64,000 bases of DNA, taken from Dechloromonas sp. Lineage in GTDB: Bacteria; Pseudomonadota; Gammaproteobacteria; Burkholderiales; Rhodocyclaceae. The position numbers and the translations under genes were made by a program. The stretch's first letter is position 1. Every line of letters begins with the position of its first letter. The stretch covers positions 97,084 through 161,083 of the forward strand of contig JAABQV010000004.1 in assembly GCA_011391255.1 (NCBI GenBank), in the 5' to 3' direction. The notes beneath the pieces are model-generated. The model worked only from the letters and a program-made list of their open reading frames with translations. It ran no database searches and had not been told where the DNA came from. Shown here one piece after another: positions 1 through 10,199 of this stretch.

Positions 1-104
1 GAGCCTGAGCGTCGGAGGCAGCCAACCAGATGGCCTTGGCTGTGCATGTGAGTCGCCAAGTGAGAACCAAGGAAGCCAGTGGCGCCGGTGATTAGTACTT
101 TCAT
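1..104 (-). CDS. NAD-dependent epimerase/reductase, SDR family (5' part only; runs off the window start)
   Basis: Manual translation from ATG at 104: MKVLITGATGFLGSHLATHMHSQGH..., a Rossmann GxxGxxG motif. ATGA overlap with the stop of the upstream epimerase. Not in the ORF track. Confidence 0.75.
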   Translation of the reverse strand, partial: MKVLITGATGFLGSHLATHMHSQGHLVGCLRRSG

Positions 105-670
105 GCCGTAGGGGAGTAGGTAAAGGGGCTCTGGAGACTCTCGAAGGGGGGATGGGTACGATCTCGTTCCGAGACTTGCGGAGTGTCTTCGGCCCAGGGA
201 ATACCCGCCGAGTTCCAGAGAACTCCACTGTCGTGTTCGGCGGAGTGGGAGGAGGAGGTCTTGTAGGCGACGATGGCGGTTTCACTCAGTGTGCAGAACC
301 CGTGGGCAAGGCCACGGGGGATGTAGAGCATGTTGCCATCCTCGGCCGAAAGACCTATTACTGCGTGCTGGCCGAAGGTCGGAGAACCCCGACGAAGGTC
401 AAGTACGGCATCCTGAATCACGCCATCAACACAGTAGACCAGCTTTATATGGGCTACCGGTGGAGCCTGGAAATGCAGGCCACGGACAACACCGCAGTGG
501 GAAACTGAGTAGAAGTCCTCGCTGAAATCGGTGCAAAGTCCCATTTCGCGAAATGCTTCTTGCTGAAAAACTTTGATCAAGTGGCCTCGGTGATCTTTAT
601 GGATTGGCGGACGGATCTCAAGGCACCCCGTAATGGCGGTTGGGAAAATGCGAAACGCGGTTTGGCTCAT
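101..670 (-). CDS. rfbC: RmlC/RfbC-family NDP-4-keto-6-deoxyhexose 3,5-(or 5-)epimerase
   Basis: Cupin motifs VVRGLHFQ, KLVYCVDG, DLRRGSPTFG, IPRGLAHGF. Likely start MSQTAF at 670. Confidence 0.88.
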   Translation of the reverse strand: MSQTAFRIFPTAITGCLEIRPPIHKDHRGHLIKVFQQEAFREMGLCTDFSEDFYSVSHCGVVRGLHFQAPPVAHIKLVYCVDGVIQDAVLDLRRGSPTFGQHAVIGLSAEDGNMLYIPRGLAHGFCTLSETAIVAYKTSSSHSAEHDSGVLWNSAGIPWAEDTPQVSERDRTHPPFESLQSPFTYSPTA

Positions 671-689
671 CGACAATGCACGCCGCAGA

Positions 690-806
690 TCAGAAATCTG
701 TCGCCGACGATTTGCCGAGTTTTGTATCCCGTGAAGACGGCGAGGGCATGGGGGCATGACCCACGAGGTTAATGATCATTTCAAAGATGAAAAGCGGCTT
801 GCTCAT
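690..806 (-). pseudogene. 38-codon remnant beginning MSKPLFIFEM, resembling the N-terminus of NeuB/SpsE-family nonulosonate synthases
   Basis: The first 10 residues match the recalled family start (xxLFIFEMANNH); similarity is then lost and a stop follows at 690-692. Confidence 0.35.
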
Positions 807-816
807 GGCTTGATAT

Positions 817-833
817 TTTCGTGAGTGAGGCAG
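817..833. repeat. Left copy of the direct repeat flanking the TA block (tttcgtgagtgaggcag)
   Basis: Matches 2187-2199 (tttcgtgaggcag) except for an extra gtga. Confidence 0.6.
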
Positions 834-838
834 TTGGG

Positions 839-1267
839 TCAATTGGATAAGCGATTTTGTAGCTTCGCCAGTTCCGGGCCATAGGTGTCGGAAATTTCTG
901 CAAACATTTGAGCCGTTTGTTCTGGGAGGTAGTCGTGGACGATGCGGTTCCGGATGTTTCTCATGTTTAGCCAGAGATCGGTGCTGCTGATCAGGCTGAG
1001 TTTTTCCATACGATTGAGCAAGGTTCGTGTGGTGTCAGATTGCTCAGCAAATTCTGCGAGTTCGAGGCTTCTAAAATAGCGCAGCGCACATTCGATGGCA
1101 CGGACAAAGCGATTAGAGAGTGCGTCGTAGGGTTCCAGTGCCTTGGGTGAATAGTTACTGCCCGGCTGGTAGGGGTGAAATTCGCTCAGTGATGCAGCAA
1201 CGAGTTGGAGCGCCTTGAGGGCCTTTTGGCGGTTATTCTCGGCTAGTGCGACAAGGTCTTCATTCAT
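839..1267 (-). CDS. HEPN-domain toxin (HI0074/HepT-like) of an MNT-HEPN pair
   Basis: RNRIVH (Rx4H) HEPN motif; all-helical 142 aa; overlaps the MNT gene by 4 bp. Confidence 0.8.
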   Translation of the reverse strand: MNEDLVALAENNRQKALKALQLVAASLSEFHPYQPGSNYSPKALEPYDALSNRFVRAIECALRYFRSLELAEFAEQSDTTRTLLNRMEKLSLISSTDLWLNMRNIRNRIVHDYLPEQTAQMFAEISDTYGPELAKLQNRLSN

Positions 1268-1563
1268 AGCTCGACGCCTGTCTTTTTGGCGATTCGATGG
1301 ATAGGCGTCGGTTGGCTGCCCTGCTGAAGCAACAGGATATCTATTTTCTGGTCGCCGAGTGATGTTTGCAGGGCAGTTTCCAGGGCAACGGACTCGCGAA
1401 AGGCGTTTTCCAGTACTTTGGGCGTTTCAATCAGCAGGTCGATATCACCACCCTTGGCATTGTCGTCGGTGCGTGAACCAAATAACCACACGCGCGCATC
1501 CGGACCTAATTGCTGGTGGGTGGTTTGGCGGATGATTTTTGCTTGTTCGGTCGTTAGTCGCAT
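1264..1563 (-). CDS. Minimal nucleotidyltransferase (MNT) antitoxin
   Basis: LFGSR...GGDIDLL and KIDIL nucleotidyltransferase motifs; 99 aa. Confidence 0.85.
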   Translation of the reverse strand: MRLTTEQAKIIRQTTHQQLGPDARVWLFGSRTDDNAKGGDIDLLIETPKVLENAFRESVALETALQTSLGDQKIDILLLQQGSQPTPIHRIAKKTGVEL

Positions 1564-1928
1564 CAGATTTGATAGGGGACTCGAACGCCGGGTTCATCAT
1601 CTGCAAAATCCTTGGTATTGCGAGTCACCAGGATGCGCTTATCGACTTGAGCACTTGCCCAAACGATGGCGTCGGGCAACTTTATGCGATGCTTTTTTCG
1701 GAGCACTACGGCCAAATTGCTGACCTGTTCGTCAATTGGCAAGTTGGCGAATCCATTCAGGAAGCTACGCAAAATTGCTTCTGTTTCCGGCGTTGCACCG
1801 ACCATGACTTCCATCCAGGTAATCAGACTGATGGCTTTGTCCGAGTATCTCTCCAACTCGATTTTTGCCTGATCGACCCCGTTCAGATAATCGATCAGGA
1901 TGTTGGTGTCGAAGAGCGCGCTTACCAT
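1563..1928 (-). CDS. vapC: PIN-domain (VapC-family) toxin
   Basis: LFDTNILIDYL, ITWMEV, DAIVWASA, LVTRNTKDF PIN motifs. Confidence 0.88.
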   Translation of the reverse strand: MVSALFDTNILIDYLNGVDQAKIELERYSDKAISLITWMEVMVGATPETEAILRSFLNGFANLPIDEQVSNLAVVLRKKHRIKLPDAIVWASAQVDKRILVTRNTKDFADDEPGVRVPYQI

Positions 1929-2134
1929 TCAGATCTTGCCTGTTCTTGATACGTAAGCCCGTCGACCTTGTGTTGTTTCCAAAGCCCGAAGGTTTCAACA
2001 GTGCTGGGTCTCTTCTTTTCAAGATAAGCCGAGATTGCCTGCCGGATTATTTCGGCACGAGAGACTTTTTCGGTCTTGCAAATAGCTGCCAAGTCTTTGA
2101 TTTGTCGATCAGGAATGTCAATCAGGGTGCGCAT
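1922..2134 (-). CDS. Ribbon-helix-helix (CopG-like) VapB antitoxin
   Basis: MRTLIDIPD...VSRAEIIRQAI RHH pattern; overlaps vapC by 7 bp. Confidence 0.78.
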   Translation of the reverse strand: MRTLIDIPDRQIKDLAAICKTEKVSRAEIIRQAISAYLEKKRPSTVETFGLWKQHKVDGLTYQEQARSEW

Positions 2135-2186
2135 GGCGTGTCCCACATAAGATATGGACTCAATATATCACATGGAACATTCAGAC

Positions 2187-2199
2187 TTTCGTGAGGCAG
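2187..2199. repeat. Right copy of the direct repeat flanking the TA block (tttcgtgaggcag)
   Basis: Lies 6 bp past the rfbH stop; matches 817-833. Confidence 0.6.
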
Positions 2200-2205
2200 A
2201 ATTCT

Positions 2206-3513
2206 TCAGCGTCCGCAGAAATCCTCAAGTGTTTGCACGAGATAGTCCAAAGCTGCCTGTTCCAATCCTGGCCATAGACCAACCCAGAAAGTCCGGTTCA
2301 TGATGCGGTCAGCATTGCCTAAGGTGCCGGCGATGCGGTAGTGCCGACCAGCCATATAAGGCTGGCGGATCAGGTTGCCGGCAAACAACAAACGTGAGCC
2401 AACTTTTTGTTGGTCAAGGTAACGCAACAGGTCAACACGGATGAAGGGAGCATCGTCAGTTAGTGTGATCGGGAAGCCGAACCAGGATGGATTGCTACCG
2501 AGGGTGGCCTTGGGCAGGATCAAATGCTTAACACCGGCCAGGTGTTCGCCAAGGTAGGCAAAGTTGTCTTGCCGGGCGGCGATGAAGCCCGTTAGTCGAT
2601 CAAGTTGGGCAAGGCCGATGGCGGCCTGCATGTCGGTGATCTTGAGGTTGTAGCCAAGATGCGAGTAAACATATTTGTGATCGTAACCGGCAGGGAGTTC
2701 GCCTAGCTGCCAATCAAAGCGTTTGCCACAGGTATTGTCGCAACCAGGGTTGCACCAGCAGTCGCGGCCCCAGTCGCGGAATGATTCGACGATGCGTTTG
2801 AGTAAGGGGTCTGAAGTAAACACGGCACCGCCTTCGCCCATGGTGATGTGGTGGGCGGGGTAGAAAGACAGGGTGCCGAGGTGGCCGAAAGTGCCGACTT
2901 TTTTGCCCCGATAGGTCGAGCCAAGCGCGTCGCAGCAATCTTCAATCAGCCAGAGCTTGTGACGATCGGCAATGGCGCGAATTTCTTCGGCGGCAAAAGG
3001 GTTGCCCAAGGTATGGGCGATCATGATTGCGCGCGTTTTGTCGGATATTGCAGCTTCGATAGTTTCTGGAAGCGGGTTGTAGGTAGGGATTTCGGAGTCG
3101 ATAAAGACCGGTATCAGGCCATTTTGCAGAATGGGGTTGATAGTGGTCGGGAAGCCGGCGGCACTCGTAATGACTTCATCGCCGGGTTTGAGCTGACGTT
3201 CGCCGAGTAGCGGCGAGGTTAGAGCGGTCAGGGCGAGAAGATTGGCGCTGGATCCCGAATTGCAGGTTGATACATGCGAAACGCCCAGATAGGTGGCGAG
3301 CTTGTTTTCAAAGGCATCGTTGAAGCGGCCGGTGGTCAGCCAGGCATCGAGTGATGCATCAACGAGATTAACGAGTTCTTCTGGGCCGAGCACTTTGCCG
3401 GCTGGGGGAACGCTGGTTTGTCCCGGGATGAAGGCGCTTGGGCTGAGTTTCTTTTCTGCGTAGGCGCGAACTAGCTCAAGAATGGCGGCGCGGTCACTGT
3501 TTTGCGAGTTCAT
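2206..3513 (-). CDS. rfbH: CDP-4-keto-6-deoxy-D-glucose 3-dehydrase (E1, DdhC)
   Basis: PMP-dependent DegT-like fold with His at the catalytic position ([14 protein letters not shown]) and the Fe-S cysteine segment [16 protein letters not shown]. Confidence 0.95.
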   Translation of the reverse strand: MNSQNSDRAAILELVRAYAEKKLSPSAFIPGQTSVPPAGKVLGPEELVNLVDASLDAWLTTGRFNDAFENKLATYLGVSHVSTCNSGSSANLLALTALTSPLLGERQLKPGDEVITSAAGFPTTINPILQNGLIPVFIDSEIPTYNPLPETIEAAISDKTRAIMIAHTLGNPFAAEEIRAIADRHKLWLIEDCCDALGSTYRGKKVGTFGHLGTLSFYPAHHITMGEGGAVFTSDPLLKRIVESFRDWGRDCWCNPGCDNTCGKRFDWQLGELPAGYDHKYVYSHLGYNLKITDMQAAIGLAQLDRLTGFIAARQDNFAYLGEHLAGVKHLILPKATLGSNPSWFGFPITLTDDAPFIRVDLLRYLDQQKVGSRLLFAGNLIRQPYMAGRHYRIAGTLGNADRIMNRTFWVGLWPGLEQAALDYLVQTLEDFCGR

Positions 3514-4570
3514 CGGTTATATATTTTTCTATTTGGCCAAGGGTGTAGTCGCGCATGTTTGTTACGGTCAACCAGTTTTTATGCCAGGAAATTGTAGCGG
3601 CTAAAGCGCTATCGAGTGACCAGCATGGTTGCCAGCCAAGTTGTCGCCGAGCTAGCGATGAATCAAGGCGCAGCAGGCCTGCTTCGTGCGGGAAGGCATG
3701 CGCTTCCTGTTCCCAGGCAGCGTCATCGCCCCATAGCTTGGCCAGACGGTCGGCAATTGCTCCGGCAGGTAGGCAGTCTTGTTCGTTGGGGCCAAAGTTC
3801 CAGGCAGCGTTTGTGGTTGGCTTAGTCGAAAGATGTTCGGCGAGTAGCAAGTAGCCGGCTAGTGGTTCAAGCACATGTTGCCATGGGCGGACAGCGTTAG
3901 GGCGGCGGAGTTGAGCGGTCTGATTTTGTGAGAAGGCGGCCAGAAGATCGGGAATCAGTCGATTGGCTGACCAATCACCACCGCCAAAAACATTGCCGGC
4001 TCTGGCTGTGGCAACGGCGACGCCGGCTTCCGTCAGAAAGGATTGTCGATAAGCGGCGGTCACCAGTTCGGCACAGGCTTTGCTGCTGCTATAAGGGTCG
4101 TGGCCTCCGAGCGCTTCGTTTTCACGATAGGGCCAAGGCCATTCCTTGTTGCCGTAGCATTTGTCGCTGGTGACGACGACCACAGCTCGGACGCTAGGCG
4201 CTTTACGGACGGCTTCGAGCAGATTGGCGGTGCCTTGTACATTGGTTGAGAAGGTGCCGAGTGGATCGCGATAGCCTTCTCCGACAAGCGCCTGGGCCGC
4301 CAAGTGAAAGACTATTTCGGGTTGGCTGGCAGTGACAGATTTTTGCAGGGTGTCGAAATCGCGGATGTCGCCGATGATTGAGTTCATCCCTCGTGTTACA
4401 TCGGCCACTTTGAAAAGACTCGGATTAGTGCCGGGTGGCAGGGCGTAGCCAGCGACCGTGGCACCCATTTTCTGGAGCCATAGCGACAACCAACTGCCTT
4501 TAAAACCGGTATGACCAGTGATGAAAACCCGCTTTCCCTTCCAGAACGCGGGATTTACCAGATTTTCCAT
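3494..4570 (-). CDS. rfbG: CDP-glucose 4,6-dehydratase (DdhB)
   Basis: [35 protein letters not shown] motifs. Confidence 0.95.
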   Translation of the reverse strand: MENLVNPAFWKGKRVFITGHTGFKGSWLSLWLQKMGATVAGYALPPGTNPSLFKVADVTRGMNSIIGDIRDFDTLQKSVTASQPEIVFHLAAQALVGEGYRDPLGTFSTNVQGTANLLEAVRKAPSVRAVVVVTSDKCYGNKEWPWPYRENEALGGHDPYSSSKACAELVTAAYRQSFLTEAGVAVATARAGNVFGGGDWSANRLIPDLLAAFSQNQTAQLRRPNAVRPWQHVLEPLAGYLLLAEHLSTKPTTNAAWNFGPNEQDCLPAGAIADRLAKLWGDDAAWEQEAHAFPHEAGLLRLDSSLARRQLGWQPCWSLDSALAATISWHKNWLTVTNMRDYTLGQIEKYITDELAKQ

Positions 4571-5325
4571 GGTGCGTTCCCGGTTTTCCAGAGGTCTTCA
4601 AGCAGCATTTTGTCGCGGAGCGTATCCATGGGCTGCCAGAAACCCTCATGTTCCCATGCAGCGAGTTGTCCGGTAGCGGTTAGTTCATGAAGTGGCTTGC
4701 CTTCCCAGGACTGATCATCGTTGTCGATGAGATCGATAACGTCGCTATTCAGAACGAAAAAACCCCCATTGATCATGCCACCTTCGCCATGAGGCTTTTC
4801 CCGGAAGGATGAGACTCTTCCTTTGGCGATTTCCATGGCTCCAAATCGTCCGGGTGGAGTAACGGCACAAGCGGTAGCTGCAAGGCCGTGCTGGCGATGA
4901 AATTCGATCTGTCGCTTGATATCTACATTGGCAACGCCGTCACCGTAGGTGAAACAAAAAGGCTCATCGCCCTCAATAAAGCGCCTGACCCTTTTCAAGC
5001 GACCACCCGTGGCCGTATTTTCACCTGTGTCCACCAGCGTAACCCGCCAAGGCTCTGCATGCTTTTCGTGAACTTCCATCCGGTTGTTGATCATGTCAAA
5101 AGTGACATCGGAGGTGTGGAGAAAATAGTTGGCGAAATACTCTTTAACAACGTAGCCCTTGTAGCCGAGACAAATTACAAAGTCATTAATGCCATGAGCA
5201 GAGTAAATTTTCAAGATGTGCCAAATGATCGGCTTGCCACCGATTTCAATCATGGGCTTGGGTTTCAGGTGTGACTCCTCGCTGATACGAGTGCCCAGCC
5301 CACCCGCGAGAATAACTGCTTTCAA
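4555..5325 (-). CDS. rfbF: Glucose-1-phosphate cytidylyltransferase (DdhA)
   Basis: [38 protein letters not shown]; TTG start. Confidence 0.95.
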   Translation of the reverse strand: MKAVILAGGLGTRISEESHLKPKPMIEIGGKPIIWHILKIYSAHGINDFVICLGYKGYVVKEYFANYFLHTSDVTFDMINNRMEVHEKHAEPWRVTLVDTGENTATGGRLKRVRRFIEGDEPFCFTYGDGVANVDIKRQIEFHRQHGLAATACAVTPPGRFGAMEIAKGRVSSFREKPHGEGGMINGGFFVLNSDVIDLIDNDDQSWEGKPLHELTATGQLAAWEHEGFWQPMDTLRDKMLLEDLWKTGNAPWKIW

Positions 5326-5906
5326 GGTTTCCCCAAGGCTATTCCGGACTCAAAGTAGATATCATTCAGGCTAATTTTGAGTTCCAGACTGGCGATTTCA
5401 ACGATGTTACCGGGCTCGTAGGTGACGATGTCCCAGACAATATCCCCACGCCGACGGTAGATTTCTACCTGGGCGTGATCCTGGCTAACAATTAAATATT
5501 CTTTGAGGCTGGCCAGAGTAAGGTAAGCGCGGAGTTTTTCTCGGCGGTCAATGGCTTCGGTACTGAGGGATGTGATTTCGATAAGCACCACAGGTTCTTC
5601 AACGGTTTGTTGCTGGCTATCGAGTTCTTGTGGACGGTTTTCACAGGTGACCATTACGTCTGGGTAGAAGTAGCTTTGTTCTTCATGCAGTCGCAATTTG
5701 ACACCTTCGATCAGCGCGCGGCAGGGGGTCTCTTTGAGGTGGCTGCGTAGCGCCGAGGTAAAATTTAAGGCAATGACTTTGTGCTGGATTGAGGCGCCGG
5801 TCATGGCGAAGATTTCGCTGGCGATAAATTCGTTGCGTACGGGTGATTGTGCCTCGAAGGCTAGGTATTCGCTTTCGGTTAGCGTGCTGTAGACGGATGT
5901 CTTCAT
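5322..5906 (-). CDS. Uma2-family PD-(D/E)xK endonuclease-like protein
   Basis: [36 protein letters not shown] pattern. Confidence 0.8.
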   Translation of the reverse strand: MKTSVYSTLTESEYLAFEAQSPVRNEFIASEIFAMTGASIQHKVIALNFTSALRSHLKETPCRALIEGVKLRLHEEQSYFYPDVMVTCENRPQELDSQQQTVEEPVVLIEITSLSTEAIDRREKLRAYLTLASLKEYLIVSQDHAQVEIYRRRGDIVWDIVTYEPGNIVEIASLELKISLNDIYFESGIALGKP

Positions 5907-5921
5907 TCGCTGTTCTTGAGA

Positions 5922-7691
5922 TTACGGGGCACTGACAACCCTGTTTTTGCCAGTCTGCTTGGCTTTGTACATGGCCTCGTCGGCGCGCTTGATTACCGTC
6001 GCCTGCGTGTCGTCCGGCAGCATTTGAGTGACGCCGGCACTGAAGGTGATCAGTACCTTTTCGTTGTCGTTCAGGAAGAATTTCTTGGTCAGCTCGCGTT
6101 GCAGACGGGTGAGGGCAACGATGCCATCTTCAAGCGGGGTTTCAGGCAGCAGAATGACAAATTCTTCACCACCAAAGCGGGCGACGGTGTCTTGCGGGCG
6201 GAGTGCTTCCTTGCAGACTTGTGCAAGGTGGATGAGTGCTTGATCTCCTACATCGTGACCCAATGAGTCATTCAATTTCTTGAAGTTGTCGATATCGAGC
6301 ATGCCAACGCAGAGCAGGGTGTCGTGGCGCTGGGCGCGGGCAACCTCCTTGTTGAACATGTCTTCCAGCCCGCGCCGGTTGAGGGCGCCGGTTAACTGGT
6401 CATGGCGAACGAGGTCGCTGGTGGTTTCCAACTCGGCTTCCAACTCATGAATCCGGGCTTCAGATTTTTTGACCTTTTCCTGGGTTGACCGCAACTCATC
6501 GCGCGAACGCTGTGCGTTGAGTTGGATATTGCGCGTTTCGTGCATGACCTCGTTCAAGACGCTACCCAATTCGGAAATGTCGTTAGCTGAGCTGATTTTG
6601 TCGGCGCAACCTTCGATTTTGTCGTGGTACTCGGAGGTGGCGTCAGCAAAGTCAGCAAGGTGATCAACGAAACCGGCCAGCATTTGCTTGATCGCTTCCC
6701 GCGCTTCAAAGAGACTGGTTTTGAGCTGGCTTTGTTTGTAGAGAACTTCTTTGAGTCGACGTTCGGCATCGTCAACAGTGCGTTGTGAAAGTGGTTTGTC
6801 GACAATTTCTCGAACAATGTCGATCTGGCCATGCAGCCAGTTGTCATCAATGACCAGTTCGGTAATGTTTTCGACCAGAAGTCGCAGTAGATTGAGAAGA
6901 CTGCGGCGTAACTCTGCTTGGTCTTCAGCAAGCAATTCGAGTTTGAAAGCAAAGCGTTTGAGGCGAGCGAGGAAGTCCTGCATTTGCTCAAGCTTGCGCG
7001 CGCCACGGATGTCGCCGGCGAGTAGTTTGGCATCGCTGGAAAGCTGAGGGCTTTCAATCAATTGCGTAGCGATTGCGGTTTCAAGAGTGAAGGCGAAAAG
7101 TTCGCGTAGCTCAGGTAGCAGGTCTTCAGAATGTTGCGGGTTAACGATTGCAGGTGGCGGGCTGCTTGGCGCTTCCGGGATTGCTTCGCCGTCAACTTGC
7201 GTTTCATTTTCCTTGCCCTGACCCCAGGAGCGAATCAGACTTTGCAGGCGGTTGAAGAGTGTTTCTGGATTTGCGCCGGCACCAGCAAGCAGGTGGTCAA
7301 GTGACTCCCGCTTGCGCGCAGCAGTTAAGCCAATATGCTTGGCATCCCATTGCCGGATCAGGTTGCCGATTAGCTCGGCCCATGCCAGCTTTTGCGCTTC
7401 AGCCAGAGTGCTGACAAACTGCGCTAGCCGATTCGTGTATTCCTCCCAATTGGCGGCCTTGACCGCCTCGTCGAGCTGGCGCGCCAGGCGCATTTGGTCG
7501 GGGGAGCTTTTGGGTAGGGCGGTGGCGAGGGAGCGTAGCTCTTTTTCCGGGAAGTCTTCCTTCGCCGGCTTGCTTCCTGATATCTCGTGGTAGAGCGTGA
7601 GATAGTTATCCGGTGTCGGTGGAATGCGCCGAGTAGCGAGCAAACGCAGTGTTTCGCGGGCGATTTCGAAGGGGTTGGTTAGCGTGGTCAT
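5922..7691 (-). CDS. Cytoplasmic diguanylate cyclase (helical N-terminus plus GGDEF domain)
   Basis: DIDNFKKLND, RPQD I-site, RFGGEEF, RADEAMYKAK. Confidence 0.92.
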   Translation of the reverse strand: MTTLTNPFEIARETLRLLATRRIPPTPDNYLTLYHEISGSKPAKEDFPEKELRSLATALPKSSPDQMRLARQLDEAVKAANWEEYTNRLAQFVSTLAEAQKLAWAELIGNLIRQWDAKHIGLTAARKRESLDHLLAGAGANPETLFNRLQSLIRSWGQGKENETQVDGEAIPEAPSSPPPAIVNPQHSEDLLPELRELFAFTLETAIATQLIESPQLSSDAKLLAGDIRGARKLEQMQDFLARLKRFAFKLELLAEDQAELRRSLLNLLRLLVENITELVIDDNWLHGQIDIVREIVDKPLSQRTVDDAERRLKEVLYKQSQLKTSLFEAREAIKQMLAGFVDHLADFADATSEYHDKIEGCADKISSANDISELGSVLNEVMHETRNIQLNAQRSRDELRSTQEKVKKSEARIHELEAELETTSDLVRHDQLTGALNRRGLEDMFNKEVARAQRHDTLLCVGMLDIDNFKKLNDSLGHDVGDQALIHLAQVCKEALRPQDTVARFGGEEFVILLPETPLEDGIVALTRLQRELTKKFFLNDNEKVLITFSAGVTQMLPDDTQATVIKRADEAMYKAKQTGKNRVVSAP

Positions 7692-7715
7692 ATGGGAAAG
7701 CGGTGGCGATCAGGC

Positions 7716-7721
7716 TATAAT
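7716..7721 (+). promoter_or_regulatory. Sigma70 -10 box upstream of tRNA-Thr
   Basis: Perfect TATAAT 17 bp before the tRNA start; no clear -35. Confidence 0.45.
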
Positions 7722-7738
7722 CTTACCCCTTGTCGCGT

Positions 7739-7812
7739 GCCCCCGTAGCATGAAGGTCGTGCAGTTGATTTGTAATCATCAGGTATCAGTTCGATTCTGG
7801 TCGGGGGCACCA
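7739..7812 (+). tRNA. tRNA-Thr(UGU), atypical D-arm, 74 nt
   Basis: Acceptor GCCCCCG/CGGGGGC, anticodon loop TTTGTAA, T-loop TTCGATT, encoded ACCA. Confidence 0.8.
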
Positions 7813-7828
7813 ATAAAGTCAGATAGTT

Positions 7829-7854
7829 AAGCCATTCTTCGGAGTGGCTTTTTT
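7829..7854. terminator. Intrinsic terminator between the convergent tRNAs
   Basis: aagccattc-TTCG-gagtggctt followed by a T run. Confidence 0.75.
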
Positions 7855-7890
7855 GTTTCTAACGGCCGCGATCCATTGTCCCTGTTGTTT

Positions 7891-7966
7891 TGGTGCCCCC
7901 AGCACGAATCGAACGTGCGACCCCATTCTTAGGAGGAATGTGCTCTATCCACTGAGCTATGGAGGC
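7891..7966 (-). tRNA. tRNA-Arg(CCU)
   Basis: Canonical 76-nt cloverleaf; anticodon stem CATTC/GAATG, loop CTCCTAA, CCA end. Confidence 0.95.
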
Positions 7967-8094
7967 GAGTAAATTACGAGATTCTGATGGTGAGGATGTC
8001 ACCCTCCAGCTCACTACCCGCCAGCATTCTACCGGTGGTAGAGTAAGGATAGCTAGATTGCCTGATGGTCAGCCAAAATAATAAAGGGGATGCC

Positions 8095-10137
8095 ATGTTT
8101 TCAAGTTTTGAACGCCGTCCAATTGCGCAACAACTGATGATCGTCACCATGCTTGCACTTTTCGCAGTATTTGCGGTGCTTGCGCTGGTTGTCCAAAAAA
8201 ACGCTGATCGTGCGGCGATGACGGTGGCCGAGCAAAATCTTGAGCATGAGGCGCGCATCATGGCCGGGATGCTTGATTCGATTTTTGAGGCGGTTAAGGA
8301 TAGAGGTGAGAAGCAGTCCCGCTTCTTCCTCAAATTCGCTGGCGGAACGCCGACATTTTCGCCCGAGTTGACCAAAACCGGCGAAGTTGATTTGCCAACG
8401 ATGCGCATCAATGGCGAGGTACAAAACGGCAATCCCCGTCTTTTGCAGGCCTTCAAGGATATGACCGGTGAGGAAACCGCCTTTCTGGCGATCAACGATG
8501 GCAAGGTGTACCGCTTATCTACCTTACTCAAGGACAAGAGTGGCAAGCCGGTGAACGGTGTGCCCCTCCCCGAAAATGACCCGGTTAGCAAGGCGGTATT
8601 GGCTGGACAGGATTATGTAGGTCTGGCGATACGCGGTGGAAAATACAATTTTGTTACCGTCAAGGTTTTCAAGAGTGCCGAGGGTAAACCAGTTGGGGCG
8701 TATTCTGTTCGCATTGGGCTGGATGCCGAACTCAAGCGTATTCGCGATCAGTTTGGCAGCCTGGTGGCAGGTAAAACGGGATATGTCTATATCGTCCGGC
8801 CAACCGAAGAGAAGGAGATTGGCGAGTTTGTGCTGCATCCCAAATTTCAGGAAGTGGCAGTTGCCGAATCTGCTATTCCCGAGATTGCCAAAACCAAGAT
8901 TCGCGAGATGCTGACCGCCAAAAACGGCGCTTTCCATTACAGCATGCCGGATGCCAGCGGGAGCGAGCGCGACAAGCTTGTTTTTGCAGCGACATCGCCC
9001 GCCTGGGGCTGGACGGTGGCGACTGGCAGCTGGAGTGACGAGTACCTTGAAGAGAGTCGTCATCTGCGCAATATCGTCATGATTGTTAGCGCCGTTGCCG
9101 CCATCATCTTGGCCTTGCTGATTTTAGTGATGGTGAGAGCAAGATTAGCCGGGCTTCGTCAGTTGGTCGGTGAGGTTTCTCGCGTCAGTACCGGCGATCT
9201 GCGGGTCGAGATCCATGATGCCGATGCGGCCAGTCGCAACGAGGTTCACGAAATTGCCCATGCCATCAATGTGATGGCCGGCAGCATGCGCAAATTGGTT
9301 TGCGGGGTGTCTGATTCGTCCATGCAGGTCGGCATTGCGGCCGGGGAGTTACAGCAGGCGGCCAATTCGGCAATGGAAAGCTCGCAGCAGGCATCGCATT
9401 CGGCAAGTGGTATTGCGGCATCGGTCGAGCAAATGTCGGTCAGCATTTCGCATGTTGCCGACAATGCCAATCACGCGGCAAAGATTTCGGAAGAGGCCAA
9501 GTCAGTCACCGAATCGGGGCGTGCGGTGGTTGGCCGGGCGATGAGCGATCTTGAACGGGTGGCCAGTGATATCAACGAATCAGCCGGCTTGATTCAGTCA
9601 TTGGGCGAGCGATCGAAGCAAATCTCGAGTGTTGTCGGCGTGATTCGCGAGATCGCCGAGCAGACTAATCTGCTCGCGCTTAATGCGGCTATTGAAGCGG
9701 CGCGTGCCGGAGAGCAGGGGCGGGGCTTTGCGGTGGTGGCTGATGAGGTACGCAAATTGGCTGAGCGGACGGCGATGTCCACACAGGAAATTTCCAGCAC
9801 CGTGCAGGCGATCCTTGATGAAACCGGGGTGGCCGTCAAACGCATGCAGGCCGTCAGCAGCAGCATGGTGGTTAGCGTTGGACTGGCGCGCGAAGCGGGC
9901 GATTCGTTGGCGACCATCGACGAGCATGCCCAGCAAACCGTCGATACCGTACAAATAATTGCGGACAATACTCGGGAGCAAAGTTCGGCCAGTCAGGAAA
10001 TTGCCCGCCTGGTCGAAAATATCGCCCAGATGGCCGAGGGAAGTAGCAGCCTCGCGATCACCAACTCGGAGCGCGCGCGTAATTTGCAGACCCTGGCGAC
10101 CCAGTTGCAGGCGCAGTTGTCCCGCTTCACGACTTAA
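8095..10137 (+). CDS. Methyl-accepting chemotaxis protein with periplasmic Cache-type domain
   Basis: Two TM helices, HAMP, and the signalling tip [38 protein letters not shown]; SD aaagggga before ATG 8095. Confidence 0.92.
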   Translation: MFSSFERRPIAQQLMIVTMLALFAVFAVLALVVQKNADRAAMTVAEQNLEHEARIMAGMLDSIFEAVKDRGEKQSRFFLKFAGGTPTFSPELTKTGEVDLPTMRINGEVQNGNPRLLQAFKDMTGEETAFLAINDGKVYRLSTLLKDKSGKPVNGVPLPENDPVSKAVLAGQDYVGLAIRGGKYNFVTVKVFKSAEGKPVGAYSVRIGLDAELKRIRDQFGSLVAGKTGYVYIVRPTEEKEIGEFVLHPKFQEVAVAESAIPEIAKTKIREMLTAKNGAFHYSMPDASGSERDKLVFAATSPAWGWTVATGSWSDEYLEESRHLRNIVMIVSAVAAIILALLILVMVRARLAGLRQLVGEVSRVSTGDLRVEIHDADAASRNEVHEIAHAINVMAGSMRKLVCGVSDSSMQVGIAAGELQQAANSAMESSQQASHSASGIAASVEQMSVSISHVADNANHAAKISEEAKSVTESGRAVVGRAMSDLERVASDINESAGLIQSLGERSKQISSVVGVIREIAEQTNLLALNAAIEAARAGEQGRGFAVVADEVRKLAERTAMSTQEISSTVQAILDETGVAVKRMQAVSSSMVVSVGLAREAGDSLATIDEHAQQTVDTVQIIADNTREQSSASQEIARLVENIAQMAEGSSSLAITNSERARNLQTLATQLQAQLSRFTT

Positions 10138-10199
10138 AACGTTAGAATTCAGGCCTTCCCAACACGGCGCCTTGAGGGGTGCCGTTTTTAATTGGTGCC

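Noticed and set aside
817-2199. Integron cassette (attC) interpretation of the TA block
   Set aside because: No GTTRRRY/RYYYAAC boxes or long imperfect palindromes at the gene ends, and no intI gene.
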